This document shows positions 10,979 through 25,400 of a DNA stretch of 64,000 nt, piece by piece. Numbering within the stretch: position 1 is the stretch's first letter; the number at the start of each line of letters is the position of its first letter. This DNA comes from Octopus vulgaris (lineage: Eukaryota): the NCBI GenBank assembly GCA_951406725.2, contig OX597822.1:15810001-15874000 (forward strand). The letters run 5' to 3'. The translations under genes were made by a program, and so were the position numbers. Below the pieces are notes generated by a model that searched no databases, was not told where the DNA came from, and saw only the letters and a program-made list of their open reading frames with translations.

Positions 10979-12317
10979 GTAGAGAGAACAACTATTTCTT
11001 TCTGGTACATTGCTTTTATTTGGAAAGAACACAGGCGGTGTGCTGTTTAAGTTTCCTTCAAGAAAGATACGATAAGCATTTGATCTTAAAACTGCACAAT
11101 CGGCGTTGCGATGGAATTAAATAGCAATGTTTTTTTTATGTTCCATGGAATTTATAAAAGAGATGTGTATCAATGTCATCTCTTCGGTTTTGTCGCATCA
11201 AAATGTATTTATTTCAAGTAACTTATCTGCTTTGGAAAATAAATCTCTGGCATAATAATTTATTTCCTCGTCATTTTATCGAAAATCTATTGTATATTGA
11301 CAAACAATAATGGTAGACTTAGTATTTGAAACTTGACTTTATTACTTTAGAATTTAGGGTTTCCCTTCATCACTATTCAAAATCGAATTTAGTGGGATAA
11401 TTTGGTTATAGCATGCGTCCATCAAAACCTATATGCACAATTCAACTAAAGCATGAATGCGATATGAATATATCAGAAAAATATGGTAATATATATTTTT
11501 TAAAAATAGCAACCAGTGAGATTGATCGAGGGACGGAAATATATGGAGAGTAGTGAGGCTAGAATTCCAAGAGGAAAATAAAGGGGAGAGATTGTAGTGG
11601 TATCAATGATCAAACTATTCATAATCGATAAAATAGGAATAGCAAAGATGTGCTTTTTTTTTATCTCAGCTATGAATTCATTTCTATTTATTTGATTAGA
11701 TGTTTGCTTCAAAAATAAAATAAAATGTTCTATTCGTTCTAGAAATATAAAACATACAAATACGAGTGATTTTCTTCTTTAAGAAATTTTATATGCAAAG
11801 AATACACCATGCTCTTTTTTCTATCAATAACATGGAAACAGAATTCTGATTACAAATTCTCGAAAATCTGTTTAATATCCTCAGCTATGTTATCAATTCC
11901 ATTTCAAACATTGGGATAAAATATGCAAAGATTCCAAAGGAAGTTGAGCTATTTTGTATCAATAAAAGCCACGCAAGTAAATATCCAATTCTGATACGTA
12001 CATCTATGGCTTTGGGTGAACCAGATGTATTTTTACTAGTTTGACGTTTATATTTTCTGTCATATTTTCTTCTTACCGTTGACTACAAGTGATTCAGCCC
12101 TAATGTGATTGTTAGATATTGCTATTTCACTGTTTTCTATATTTTTTGCTGATATATTTGTCTTTTCGTTGTATTCATAGGAATTATTCTCACATTATGT
12201 CCATTAACGGAAGTATTTTGTCTTCCGATAGATAACTGTTTCTTGAAGCTCAATCATCTAAAGTGACATTTCACCACAAGAACGACGGTGTGCAGTGGTT
12301 GGTTTAAGGCCGACACA

Positions 12318-12371
12318 CTATTATTATTATCATCATCATCATCATCATCATCATCATTATTATTATTATTA

Positions 12372-12410
<39 letters not shown>
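12318..12410. repeat. Compound (TAT)n(CAT)n(TAG)n trinucleotide microsatellite
   Basis: Directly visible. Confidence 0.95.
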
Positions 12411-12411
<1 letters not shown>

Positions 12412-12699
12412 TTCCCCTTAGTGGAAGTGTATTCCCATCTCCTTTCTCGTCCTGCGGTGCAAGTGTATCATATTTAACATTCACGAAAAGAATCAACTTT
12501 ATATTCCACATCACGCTGCATACACATTGTATATACGACGTTAATCATTGTGAGCTTCTTTATTTATAATATATACGAAAACTATTTAAAAGCTGTAGTG
12601 AGGATCAAATATCCCCCATCTTTTTGCCAACTAATGTGTGTTACTTAAATATATTTCACCCTTCTATACTTGCAGATGTCATTTACTGAAATTCATTTT

Positions 12700-12860
12700 A
12701 AATTGCTCAAATGAGGGTATCGACATCAAACACCCTTTCTCAGCAAATGCCACAGATCAGAGGAGGCTCTCAATAATAACAGTGTACCAAAACGACGGTG
12801 CCCCAGCATGGCCACACCTTTGAGCTGAAACTGATAAAACATAAAACATAAAGCATAAAA
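12700..12860 (+). mobile_element. 3' end of a CR1/L2-like LINE or related SINE tail
   Basis: ggtgccccagcatggccac...ctgaaac plus a short tandem tail; matches the tails at 28921-28987 and 33294-33345. Confidence 0.5.
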
Positions 12861-13047
12861 AAGAAAAAAACTGTTCCTGAGAGAAACATGTTTGACATTT
12901 GACGAAACATTAATGTCTGGCCATGCTTGTTTTAGATAAAATAGATACGTTCCGCTTTTTATGAGGCTTTACTCTCGGAAAGTAGCCACAATAATGTCTT
13001 TGCCATGTTTGCAATAATAAGTTTCTCCCTTCGTCGTATCGGTACCC

Positions 13048-13335
13048 CGCCCCGAATTGGCTTTGGCTGATGAGGGTCAGAGACGTGTGGTCCTTGGGGA
13101 GCTTACTGTGCCACGGGAGGAGAGCATTGCTGCAGCTCATGAGCGGAAGCTGTTGGGCTATGAAGAGCTGGTAGCTGAGATTCGGGAGAAGGGTTACATC
13201 TGTGAGCTGGTTTCCCAGCAGCTTCTCTCAGAAGGTTTCTGAAAGTGGCTGGTGTGTCTGCTGTGAGGACAACCATGTGTGGAGAAAGCAGTTGAGGGTA
13301 GTGCTTGGATTACCAAGAGATTTATGAATGCGGAT
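13048..13335 (+). mobile_element. Restriction-like endonuclease (REL) fragment of a HERO/NeSL/R2-group non-LTR element
   Basis: PELALADEGQRRVVLGELTVPREESIAAAHERKLLGYEEL fits the PD..ELTVPWE...AHERK..KY..L motif; EKAVEGSAWITKR follows downstream. Confidence 0.75.
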
Positions 13336-14349
13336 AAGGCTACAAAACTATCATGAGTCCAGTTGCAACGCAATATATCCAGCTGTTGCGGGCACACCGT
13401 GTGGAGAGATACTGAGCTTAATGGGACCGAAATCTTGTCGAGGCACGGCCTTCAGCTGATGGTTGAGGCTGGACGAGAAATGAAGCACTCTTCTACTATA
13501 CATATCTACTATATAGTTTCTTCTGCTATATATATCATTACTAAACTAACATTTTCAAATGTTCTCGCTAAATAGGATTTTTTAATATCTTTACTACAAC
13601 GGAAATATATTTTACTTCTATAAATTTTTAATACTTCTAATGGTATTTAACTAATTCGTTTTGGTTTCAGTAAACACTTAAATGATTTTATGTGTATATG
13701 AAATGTTGCACGGACGAAGAAATCGTGTAGAGGCAATTAAATATATTATTAATTTAGCTGCATTCATCTAAGTTGGGACTTTCAGTTTATTATTCTACGC
13801 GCTAAAATCGATAAAATATATCTGAGATGTAATTTAGTATATTGAATAGGGTTTTTGTAAAGCATGCACTCTTGACGATGTGAATTGCAATCGTCACATA
13901 TCCATGTCAGTAACGTAGCAGAAATTATAGAGCAGTTCGTATGTGATTATTTTAGTTTAGGAAATTAATCAGATAGGGGATATAAGTGCAGCTATTAGCG
14001 AAGAAGTGACATTGAATTTATTTGTGTTTGGGTCAAAATTATTTAGACTGAATTTGTCAAAAACATTTTAAAAATAAAAAATAAAAATATGCTTTGGGAA
14101 ACGATCTCAAAAAAAAGTTGAAGTTTCTGAACGGAAATTTTTGCAAGATTAGCTGAATTGAAGTTTAGGTATAGAAATTAAAATAGTAATGATTTGAACC
14201 AGTTGTTTGAGTGGAATTTTGCAGCGAGTTACAAAAGCATTTATAGAACTAAATATATAACTAAATAGATTATTAGAAGACAGCATTGTCTCTCTACGTA
14301 TAATTCCACGAGGAAACATTATTATTTCCCAGCGGAGATTTATTAACTA

Positions 14350-14732
14350 CTAGCAGTATCGCCCGGCGTTGCTCAGGTTTGTAAGGGAAATAACTATAAA
14401 GCATTTTTAGAGAGTTATAGCCAAAAAACAGCAAAAAAATGGAAAAAAATGATGGTAAATTTTTTTTTTATAGTTAAAAAAGGTGGAGTTGCGTCCCCTA
14501 CACAGTTTGTGGTTTGTGTTCCTGATTCTCGACCCCATGTCGAATTTATCGATTTTTTCAGAACTGGAGGAACTTTTCAAAATTTTCGCTGCGTTAGTTT
14601 TGAATTATGACATTGGGCTACGTGTGTGTCAAGTTTCATCAGAATCGGTTGAAAGCCGTGGTCAGGGTGAGGGTACAAGCAAACAGACACACAGAAAAAC
14701 GCACAGACAAACTGCCGTTTATATATAGAAGA
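14350..14732 (-). mobile_element. Non-autonomous Helitron
   Basis: Minus strand has 5' TC..TATATA and a 3' hairpin CCTGAGCAACGCCGGG followed by CTAG|T. The first ~110 bp match 38854 onward. Confidence 0.8.
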
Positions 14733-17314
14733 AATAAAACACAACCCAGTAATACTCGCTCATATAAAGCATCTGTGAAATAAACCTTGTCATCTGCTAA
14801 TGGTTAACCGTTGAGTAATTTAAAATCGAATGTAGCTAATGTTATTCTCGTGAACATTTGCGTCTTCTGCAATGAGCACGAATAGCAGGCACATAATACT
14901 ATAAAGATGTTGCTGGAAATAGTAACCGCAAGCTTGCTTCAAATTAAAACGCTTGGTGACTTTGGATAAACAAATTGTAAACAATCGAATTTTGGAATAT
15001 TGTCTAAACTCAAGATACCTCTTCACGGTGTGATACTGCTGCAGAAAGCATCGGTTATGACATTTCTGTAACTATATCCTCCAAAGCTTTGAAAGGCACG
15101 AGATTCACCGTCAGAAATATTGTTCATCATGTCCTGGATATCACCATAATGTAAAGAAAATTGATTTGAGGATTTTCATTTTGTCACTTAAGGATACCAC
15201 TGAAGGTAACTTGTTTGCTATTGCAATTTCAAAGTTTCCAATTTCCTGTGTGAAACAATTTATCTCTGTGCGCAAATAAAATTTCATTGCAACTATTGGA
15301 AAATGTTGAACTCAGTTTAGTAATTCCTGCATTTTTCATGATTCTACTGACCCGTAATGATTTGGTGATTTCAGGAAACTTATTGTCTTTTACTTGTAGA
15401 ATTATACGTCAAAACCAAGGAGATCGTTCCTCCCCAAAACTTCGGACTGAACAAGTGAGTAAACGAGACCATTTGGTTATAATTCTTTCTTCTTTGCCAA
15501 GATACAGAGACCCGAAATCTTTACTCATAAATTTGCTAACGCTTGTCAAAATTTACATAAATACAGTTTGTGTATCGATTAACTTCTCAGGTATCGACGG
15601 GTACCACGGCTAGATGCTAAATAAATTTCAAAGCAGTCTCTTATAATTGGTTATTCAATTGTAAATACTATGGTATTTGCCTGTAAATAGAATGACAGAA
15701 ACATTGTGTTTATCATTATTTGATTGTAACAGTGTTGTATATTCTTTATTCACGAGATCTCCTATTGCCTAAAAGGTTAATGTCCTGGCAGAAGGTTATT
15801 ACTAAAATAAAAGAAATTTCCTGGTATTTATTCCAGCATTCTGTTTCACATAACATTTAAATCCTTTGTCTAACGCAAGTATTGCATTAATAATTATATC
15901 CAACCAGGCCAGTAATTCGGATCTGTTATCAGAAGCTAAAGAATTTCAGCAAGCCAATAATTTACTCAAGTGGAAACCAATGAAATTCTAGAGGTTCTTT
16001 TAACATTAAGAAGAAAAAGTTGACACGTAATAAAAACCAATTCCACATCACTGAATGCCCTCGAAACGTATTGAAATGTCTCTCTTTATTTGATATTCAG
16101 CCAAAGAAATTAATTATGCGTATTCATCATTTTTAACGTTAATCCTTGCTTAAGATTACAAATATGAATCGACTTATGCAATTCAAATGTAAGACTTTGC
16201 CAACTCCTCGGCAATATTTGAGTGATAAATATATATGATCTTTGTGAGCAGCGTATAATGTGGCAAACTAAAAGCCACCAGGATTACAATGTTCATTAAT
16301 TACACATAGTTTAAATGCGAGATATAACATTAATTTGTAACAGAAAGAGCAGGTTGTCTTCGTTAGGTCCTCTTGATATCTAATGAGATAATTTGTATCT
16401 TTAGTGAAAAATACCAACACGTGGTGATATATGGGATGAGGTGTCAAGTAAGTTGGAGGAAACATGAATATTTTATAGAATACTAAATTATCCTTATTAT
16501 GATGTGGCATGTCAACCATATTACCTTAATAGCATTATGAGTTAAAATTTCATAACGATGTCTACATCAATATAGAAGCGACTTTAAATGTATTGATTGC
16601 ATAATTCATACTGCATTATATTGGACTTTCAGTAATTTAATTCATTCAATGTGAGAGCATTCAAACATTTGAACTGCATCGTACAATTGACATAGAATTA
16701 TTAAGGCCGAAGTAGATATTTCTCTGAATCGCAATTACATATACATATTAAATGCAGTCCTACGTTGCTTTAATGTGCAATACGTGGATATAGTTGTATC
16801 ACAAGGGGAATGATACAATGAGAGGAAGCATGCCATGTCAAGAGAGCAAGTATGAAACTAGAACGAAAATCAGAGGATGAAACATGTTGTAATCTTAGTT
16901 TATTTTAAATAAGTTTTTGCCATTGAAGTTTGTTTCAAGGAAACATATGAATCTGAGCTCTAGTCTATCATTTATGTGAATGTATGTCACTAGTCTCAGA
17001 GAGAGATCGAAATTAGATAGAGCAATGGATTTATCAAGTTTCCACACAAAGTGATAAAAATAATATTTTAAAAAAAGAGACTAGAAATGCAATAAAAGAT
17101 ATCATTATAGTAAAAAGAATAGACGAGACAGGAAGCAATATTTTGTGTAGGACTGCTTAAGGGCGCCTTGTTAAATATGGTTTAGAAATATGATAGAATA
17201 CAAAATAAATTACATGAGAAGATGGAAAAATAATTTTTTGTAGTTTCACTATAGAACAGGTCTATAATAATTAACTTTTAGAAACACGACCCAATGCGAA
17301 ATAGATTGGAGTTG

Positions 17315-17608
17315 TTTTTTCCTTCTCGAGCCACGCCTGGCTCATTAGGGCCGGTTTCCCGGTTTCCTTAGCGTATAGGTTCCCCACTTGGACGGGACGC
17401 CGGTCCGTCGCAGGTGAGCTGCAAGATACAGGAGGAAAGAGTGAGAGAAAGTTGTGGTAAAAGAGTCAGCAGAAGTTTGTCATTAACTTCTGCCGGAGTC
17501 GTGTGGAGCTTAGGTGTTTCACTCATAAACATACACATGGCTCGGTCTGAGATTCGAACCCTCGACCGCGAGTCCGCTGCTCTAACCACTAGGCCATATG
17601 CCTCCACA
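17315..17608 (-). mobile_element. tRNA-derived SINE family C (possibly octopus OR-type)
   Basis: A box TGGCCTAGTGG and B box GGTTCGAATC on the minus strand; homologous to 42887-43178. Confidence 0.9.
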
Positions 17609-17711
17609 GGCTGGAGTGAAAACTTCAAAATTAAACTGAATGTTTGTCTGTTGAAATAGAGAGAGAGAGAGAGAAAGAGCGAGGGGTTAAGAGAGAGAGA
17701 GAAAGAGCGAG

Positions 17712-17764
<53 letters not shown>

Positions 17765-18120
17765 AAGAATGTTGTGATAAAAACATGTTAGAAATAGTTC
17801 AATTAGAAAATCAATTCAGTGTTTCATTAGCTTCTCTTAACATTTTCTTGGCATATCTTTAAAAACCCAAATAGTGTTTATACATGAAATACTTTCATGA
17901 TGGGAGGTTCGAGATACGGACTTACCATAAAGGATCTGGTTTGAGCAATTCCTGAAATGTGTATACATAATATCCAAGAAGATTGCTGAAAAAAGCAATA
18001 AAATAGGGCGAAAATAGGATTTCAAGGTGATTGATTTTACACCGTATTAAAAAGAGAGAGAGCATCAGTGTTTCGGAGAGTGGTCCATCGTTAATCAAGA
18101 GAGTGCTAACAATTAGACAA

Positions 18121-18184
<64 letters not shown>

Positions 18185-18882
18185 GAGAGAGTGAGAATTA
18201 AATGTTCTTCAATGCACCAACTATGTCGCAAATTGAACAAAATTATACTTTTTGTTCTCTCCTTTTCTTCGTCTGTCACTTAGCATCAAATCTCTGTATC
18301 AGACATCCAAGCTGAATCTGTTTCTTCCTTGCAGTGTAAAATTAATTATCTCGCTAGTTTGAAAGTTGGAGTTTCTTTCTTTTAATTCTAAGATGTCGTG
18401 ATGTTGCAACATTGACATAGGAACCACCTCCAGATTACACTCGATTACTAACATTTTATTACATAACAGTTATAAAATATAAAAAGGAATTATATAGAAT
18501 TAATCATTTGTTACGATACTTGTCTATATGCGTGAATTATTTCTTCATTATATTTTTAGAACGTTTTATATGGGTGTATGCGCGTGTGTGAGTATGAGTA
18601 TATGGATATATGTATGTGTGAATGTATTTAGAACGATGATTCAGACTTAGAGTCCGGTGTCTTTACAGGGCATTAAACCGCGGGGTAAAGAATGGCTATC
18701 AGAAGGATCAATTTGAGCATATATGGAGGCAATTATAAGGATAAACAAATTAGATATATTAATTATAACAGTTTGGGTATAAAATAGAATATATGTATAT
18801 ATGTATAGATGCAAGACGAGAGAAAGCAGAGGGGAGTGTTTCAGACGATGAATCTTTAAGTATATAGATACTTATATTAATT

Positions 18883-19465
18883 TATTTCTTTATTACCCAC
18901 AAGGGGCTAAACATAGAGGGGACAAACAAGTTGATTAAGTCGATCACATCGACCCCAGTGATTAACTGGTACTTATTTAATCGACCCCAGAAGGATGAAA
19001 CGCAAAGTCGACCTCGGCGGAATCTGAACTCAGAACGTAGCGGCAGACAAAATACCTATTTCTTTATTACCCACAAGGGGCTAAACACAGAGGGGAAAAA
19101 CAAGGACAGACAAACGGATTAAGTCGATTATATCGACCCAGTGCGTAACTGGTACTTATTTAATCGACCCCGAAAGGATGAAAGGCAAAGTCGACCTCGG
19201 TGGAATTTGAACTCAGAACGTAACAGCAGGTGAAATACCTATTTCTTTATTACCCACAAGGAGCTAAACACAGAGGGGACAAACAAGGACAGACATAGGT
19301 ATTAAGTCGATTACATCGACCCCAGTGCGTAACTGGTACTTAATTTATCGACCCCGAAAGGATGAAAGGCAAAGTCGACCTCGGCGGAATTTGAACTCAG
19401 AACGTAACAACAGGTGAAATACCGCTAAGCATTTCACCCGGCGTGCTAACGTTTCTGCCAGCTCG
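18883..19465 (-). mobile_element. Head-to-tail trimer of SINE family B
   Basis: Units are 18883-19056, 19057-19239 and 19240-19465; only the last keeps the tRNA-like head. Confidence 0.92.
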
Positions 19466-20309
19466 AATATTGTGCGTAAAGTACAAACGACACGGAAAAT
19501 GAAAGGATGGGGAGGGGAAGGTGTTACAAGTCAAAGAGCTGTTTCTGGGCGCTCGGAGATCCATTATGATATTGGTAGATGCAGCTCCATCACAAAATAC
19601 TGACGTAATTAAAACATTCAACATTGTATTAGTCGTGCCCCCGTCGTCAGGGGAGAACATATCTTACATTTCAGAACCTGATGCAAAGAAGTTCAAAGAT
19701 GGAATGGTTGAATGTGGAGAGCTACTCGTTTAGAGGGAGAAAGTAGGAGGGCCGGTGGGATTACGAGGAGTGTTGAGACAAGGAAGAGTGAGAGGAGATA
19801 AGGGAGCTAGTTAAGGACGAGGGAGGGGATTAATAATGAGGATATTAAGGGAGATGGTAACAGAGGTGGCATGGGAGATTAAAGAGAGGGGTAGGATAGA
19901 CCTAAACCACTCCCATCCGTTTTCTGCAGTTGCGTTCACAACTTCGATCCTGGTTCTTTACACTCCTACACCTTTTCCCTGCATTGTCTCATTTTTTTTT
20001 AATGTATTTCTTCCTTCATTCTCAATTTCAATCTGCCCTTCTTTCGTGTCTAGCCCTACTGGGCATTTTCATGTTCCTTTGCGTAACCCATATTCATCTA
20101 TCAGACAGACGCAAGGATTTTTTTGTTGTATATATATATAATTATTATAATTAGTTTTGTCCCGTTTGCTTATTGCCCTGTACATTTGTTAGCAATTGCC
20201 AGTGGCTTTTGCTGCAGGCGCCACCAGAAGTGAACATTCTCAACGATAAAGAGTGCGAAATTGTAAGGATCTTTTGGACGTTGACTGATGAGGAATTAGC
20301 TACGAACTT

Positions 20310-20452
20310 TATGTATGTATGTATGTATGTATGTAAGTATGTATGTATGTATGTATGTATGTATGTATGTATGTATGTATGTATGTATGTATGTATGTAT
20401 GTATGTATGTTTGAATGAATGAATGTATGTATGTATGTATGTATGTATTTAT
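20310..20452. repeat. (TATG)n microsatellite
   Basis: Directly visible. Confidence 0.95.
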
Positions 20453-21713
20453 GTACGGATCAAAGAGTTTGGTTGAAACTCCTTGGTACTCTGATTTTCA
20501 AGCGTGCAGCTAGTCTTCGGCTAATGAGTCTGAACAAGAGTTCGATTAAAGCGAGTCAATGATTACTATTGGACGCTGGCCACCGATTGGTCGAGAACGC
20601 TCAGGCGGCTGTCGCAGCTTGATGTTTAGCTACTCCATCTCCATATCTCTCTCTGTCAGTTTGTCACTCTGTCTCTCTATCTCTCTAAATGTATATACAT
20701 ATACATGCATACACACACATACATATACGTTTATACACATATACACAGAGAGACTGAGAGTAAGATGATGATGTGTGTACGTGTGTGATTGTGTTACCTC
20801 TATGAAATACCACCCGTAGTTTTCTTTTGCCAAGCTAGTGATCTCTGTGCTAACATCTATAGAGTTTGCATATGAGATGCAATATAAACATGTCATGCTG
20901 GCCATTTGAGTAAAATATATCTATGTATCTCTTTATAAAGATCAATTTGTTCTAAAGTAGGTGCATATGCAAATTGTTGAATCTAATGATTATCTGCGGT
21001 AACTGGCTTTTCCTTATTCAATCTCATCAAAATAGCATTCCAATCTGTCATTCTAAAATATTTGTGATCGAGATTTCCTTTAAACCGGTGAAAATGCAAA
21101 ATAGGAAATTAAATTCCTCCTGTACAAAACTGTATGCATAAAATTTATATTGGATTAATTAAACATTTGACTTAAGATAAATTGGTGCTGACATTTTAAA
21201 CTTGAGGTAGCACATTCATTACAGTGTTATAAATATGTATAAAACTCTGCGGAACTATGCAAATCTATGTATGCTCGCTAACATATAATCTCATTTTTTA
21301 ATATTATCGAAATATCAATAGAAAGAGTCGAAGCAAAATATTTGCTGTTTATATTAATATTTGAATGGCGGTTCTGAAAAATAAATCCAAATTTGCAATG
21401 ATTCCTATATATTTGAGAGCATTTGCCAGTTTAACGGAGTATTTTGCTGGATGAATTAAGCATATTCTATATCACATTTCACGTATTTACTTGTTTCATT
21501 GATGAGCAATTAGGCAATATCAAAGCACCAAACTTTAGAGTTAATCAACTCTGATATTTGTTTTAAATATATCACTACAATAAACGACATCGGCTTTCAA
21601 GTGATTGGGAGCCAAACGCAAATAGAAACATATACACTCGTATGAATATATTCTTTTTACTTCTTTATATAGTTCATTATATACATGCATAAAACATACA
21701 TACATACATACAT

Positions 21714-22370
21714 AATCGGAAGGATAACTCCGCGGACAAAGAAATAAAACCCACAATATGGTAGAAGCCATCGCCACTCATAATAAAAAGGAATAGTGGT
21801 AGAATGTACCACTGAAGATCTCAATAAAATGTAAGCACAACAGACCTGATATAATGATTTGGGATAGAGAAGAGAAATTGTTCACAGTTGTGGAAATTAG
21901 CTGCTCGTAACATAAAGCTGAAGATCAACGAAAAAGAAAACACCTATGTTGAACTATTGAGAAATCTACAGTTACTCTATGCAGATTACAAGTTCACCTT
22001 TATACCTGTAATTATTGGGGCCCGCCCGGGGATATGTAACACACTGCCTAAATAACAATCTTGAGAAATTAGGCTTCTCAAAACCAGGAAAGGAGAAAGT
22101 TAATTCGAAGTTTACAGATCCTATCCATCACTAGAACTGTAAAAATCTGTAAAACTTTCCAGAAGTTTACCATGAGCATGCCTAGATATGTAACTATATG
22201 CGTAAGAGTGCATCCATAAAAGTTACAAGTTTGCACATACATGCATACATACATATACATACATACATACATACATACATACATACATACATACATACAT
22301 ACATACATACATACAAAAATACCCTGCTATTGATGTTGAAATTACAATGAAAGAATCTTGGATCTAGGTT
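21714..22370 (+). mobile_element. 5'-truncated R4/Dong-like non-LTR element (REL domain and 3' region) in (TACA)n
   Basis: Translates with frameshifts to KCKHNRPDIMIWDREEK..VVEISC..EKENTYVELLRNLQLLY.DYKFTFIPVIIGA.GYV. TACA repeats lie upstream (21695-21713) and at 22236-22315. Confidence 0.8.
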
Positions 22371-22430
22371 ATATATACATCTGTAGGTGTGTGTGTGTTG
22401 TATGTATATACATATACATGTATATATATG

Positions 22431-22485
<55 letters not shown>

Positions 22486-25400
22486 GTATGTACATATATA
22501 TATGTGTATGTATTTATGTAAATGCGTATATTATATAATACATACACGCATATATATTCGTGTACACACACACATATACCTATATGCATACATACATTAT
22601 ATACATAAATTTACCATTAAAATCAGCCAATATGAATACCTATGATGTAATACTTCGAAAAGAGATACTTTTTGAACTTGAAACCGACTTAAAAAAGAAA
22701 TGTCGTGCATCGAATTAAATATAAAAGAATTGTATAAATATAAATAAGAGTTGTAGAAATATATACATAGTGATATATATACACACACGCGCACACGCAC
22801 ACACACACACACACACACACTCATATGTACATAACAATTTCAAAGTTTTAGCGATACTATGTAACCAAATAATATTCCCTTGAGATTGCTGGGTACGATT
22901 ATGTGTATGTGTGTGTGTGTCTATGAGTGTGTATGTTTGTTTCTGTGTGTGTGCGGTTGCACACGTGTATTCGTATGTGCGTGGGGAAGAGCAAAGAGTA
23001 GATAAGCTGGAAACCAAGAGATAAGAGACAGTGATTTAGCAACCACAGCTAAGCCACCAACGCGAGGGTGTTACTGTTGAGAATTGAAACACCCAATTAT
23101 CTTTGGATACCGCCATATGACATCAGTTCATAGAGCATCTTTTAGATGTAATCAGTATTCTCTCTCTCTATCTCTCTCTCTCTCTCTCTCACTCTCTCTG
23201 AATTTATGTGTTTGCGTGTGGACGCATCCATGTATATCCATAGATGGCACTCGTAAATTGATATGGTTGTGAATATGTACCATTGCTTGTGTTAAGTGCA
23301 TTCTGATACTTCTGTACTTGTGAGCTGATACAAACAGCCCCGCAAAGTGTAACGTATGTTTACCAATTAGAGTACTGTGAAGTGAAATATCATTCTCGTA
23401 GGCACATTGCACTGCCCGACACTCGAATCGTTCCGACGAGCATTATACTTGTGAGTCAAACAATCTCACCACAATGTCGCAGAAGTAAACCAATTTTGCT
23501 GGTTTCATAAACGCGTTAAAGCAACATACCTAAATGATTTGGACGATATTATTTCATATTTTGTATTAGATTTCACAGTGTCCAATATATACAATTTAAA
23601 TAACAAACTGTTAGCATTTCTAGTAGAATTTGTCATAAGTTTCGTGCTATAGCATGTTATGGACTGTGGAATGTTGTACGCTGCGTCTCATATGACATTG
23701 ACATTCCTTGTTCAGTTAAGATATATGTAGTTCCTCACTGAATAAATACACAATAATACATGTAATATTGAACGTCCCTGTGATCTCCAGTAACCTGAAA
23801 AATTAAGAACTACAGGAATGCAGCACTTTCCTACTGTGATTTATAAAGGCTGTATGATTTTAATGAGCATATTTCAGCATAAAAGTAATAACCATCTAGA
23901 ACTGCCTTGCCATATAGATGTCGGCGTCATATTAGCAATAGCAACAGTTTTGTAGAATTACACTGTAATGAGATATGATGTTTCCAATTAGGAAGATGCT
24001 GAACCATAATGTAATTATGTTGTTGTAGATTACTGGAAAACAGGAAGGAACGAAACAATCAAAATCGCAAAATGTATTTGGGAATAATAACTAATATGCA
24101 AAGTAAACGAGATTTGTGTGTTTCACTCATAAATCTTACATAACAAATAAAACGCATACATCAACCTGCGCATGCGTACTTGTCTTTTGGTTAAGGATCG
24201 ACAGCTTAAAGTTAGTTCACTGATTGGGTTTCGAAATCCTGTGGTTTCTTTCTTTTCTAAACAGCTCAACATGATTAGGAAGATCCCGAATCAACAGTTT
24301 CGGGCGTGTCTTTGGATAACAAATCATTTGACACACAGTTTGGTTTCTATTATTTTTATTTTACCCTCTTTGTAAATATTTGTCAGATGTGAAATGAATT
24401 TGACTTTCTCGAGTTAAGAGTAAATTTTTATGCGTATCAAGTAATTGATCTTCCCATTACATTTAGGTAGATAAAAATTACAATGAAAAAAAGAAAAAGC
24501 TTTCCGCAAATAGATACATTAGTTCCATGAAAATGTAAATGCATATATCACTTGCTAAAAACACTGGTGATTCTAAAATAAATATGGGATTGCCTTGCAA
24601 TTGCACATTTTAGTTGAGCTGGTTCTTTCCTACACAGGGACAATTACAGCGCTTTTTATGCTGGATGAAGTAGCAAGTGTGTAGTATGAAGCATTATAAT
24701 ATTATGTCAAGAACGCGGTTTCACACAACAATCTTCCATGGAAAGCGGCTTTCAATTTTGATATTTTCTTTCTTCTCTAAGATATTTTCTCTTGTGTAAA
24801 TTTATCATTGCTTTCACTTTCTTAGCTACATTCAATTTGTCTATCCATTTTCTATCCGTTTCTCCAGCTTTTTCACTGAATGCTTTTTCAGCCATCTTCA
24901 GTTGACCAAGCTCGTTCATTAATATATTTTTCCTGCAGTTGTGCAATGGCGTGACATTGGATCTAAAGTTGCTATTATTTATGTACTCTTCTCGTGCATA
25001 GGAGTCTATTAAGTTTTCTACCTTCAATTTGTTTATGTTAAATATATTTCGTTAAATGTTGAGAAAGTCTGAGAAAGTTATTTTACTTGTCCTCTTGGCT
25101 ATTTATTCCGATATGTTTAAATTCAACCTCTCATGTTATTGAAACACGCTGAAGTATGTAATATAAGAATCAGTTCGATGGATATTAGTAATATACTCGC
25201 ATCATGTCTTGAAACTGGTTTTTTGTCTTTTCGTAAGAAATCTGGAAATAAACTGAATAGCGACATAGATACATGCATTCATGCCTCATCTCGCTGTAAA
25301 AATAATTCTTGTTTTTCGATTTCTTTTAATGATAGCTATCTCTGTAACACTATGTAACCTGTGTTTCTCCCGTTAAGCTCTCTTTATACCCGTTCATGTA

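Noticed and set aside
14780-16260. Possible ancient hAT transposase debris (also 34250-34900)
   Set aside because: Only vague motif resemblance and no TIRs or TSD; needs tBLASTn.
18883-19465. CRISPR-like or satellite array
   Set aside because: Units are SINE bodies with no unique spacers, in a eukaryotic context.
20511-20562. CTAATGAGTC..GATTAAAGCGAGTC, and an isolated CTGATGAGG at 20285
   Set aside because: Both core boxes are mutated or the partner box is missing, and there is no stem I; at best a very old relic.
24165-24180. TGCGCATGCG NRF1-like promoter motif
   Set aside because: Single motif with no CpG-rich context or associated gene.
24752-25390. 91-aa Lys-rich minus-strand ORF as a host exon or retrocopy
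   Set aside because: No recognisable domain, no convincing splice sites, and stops in adjacent frames.
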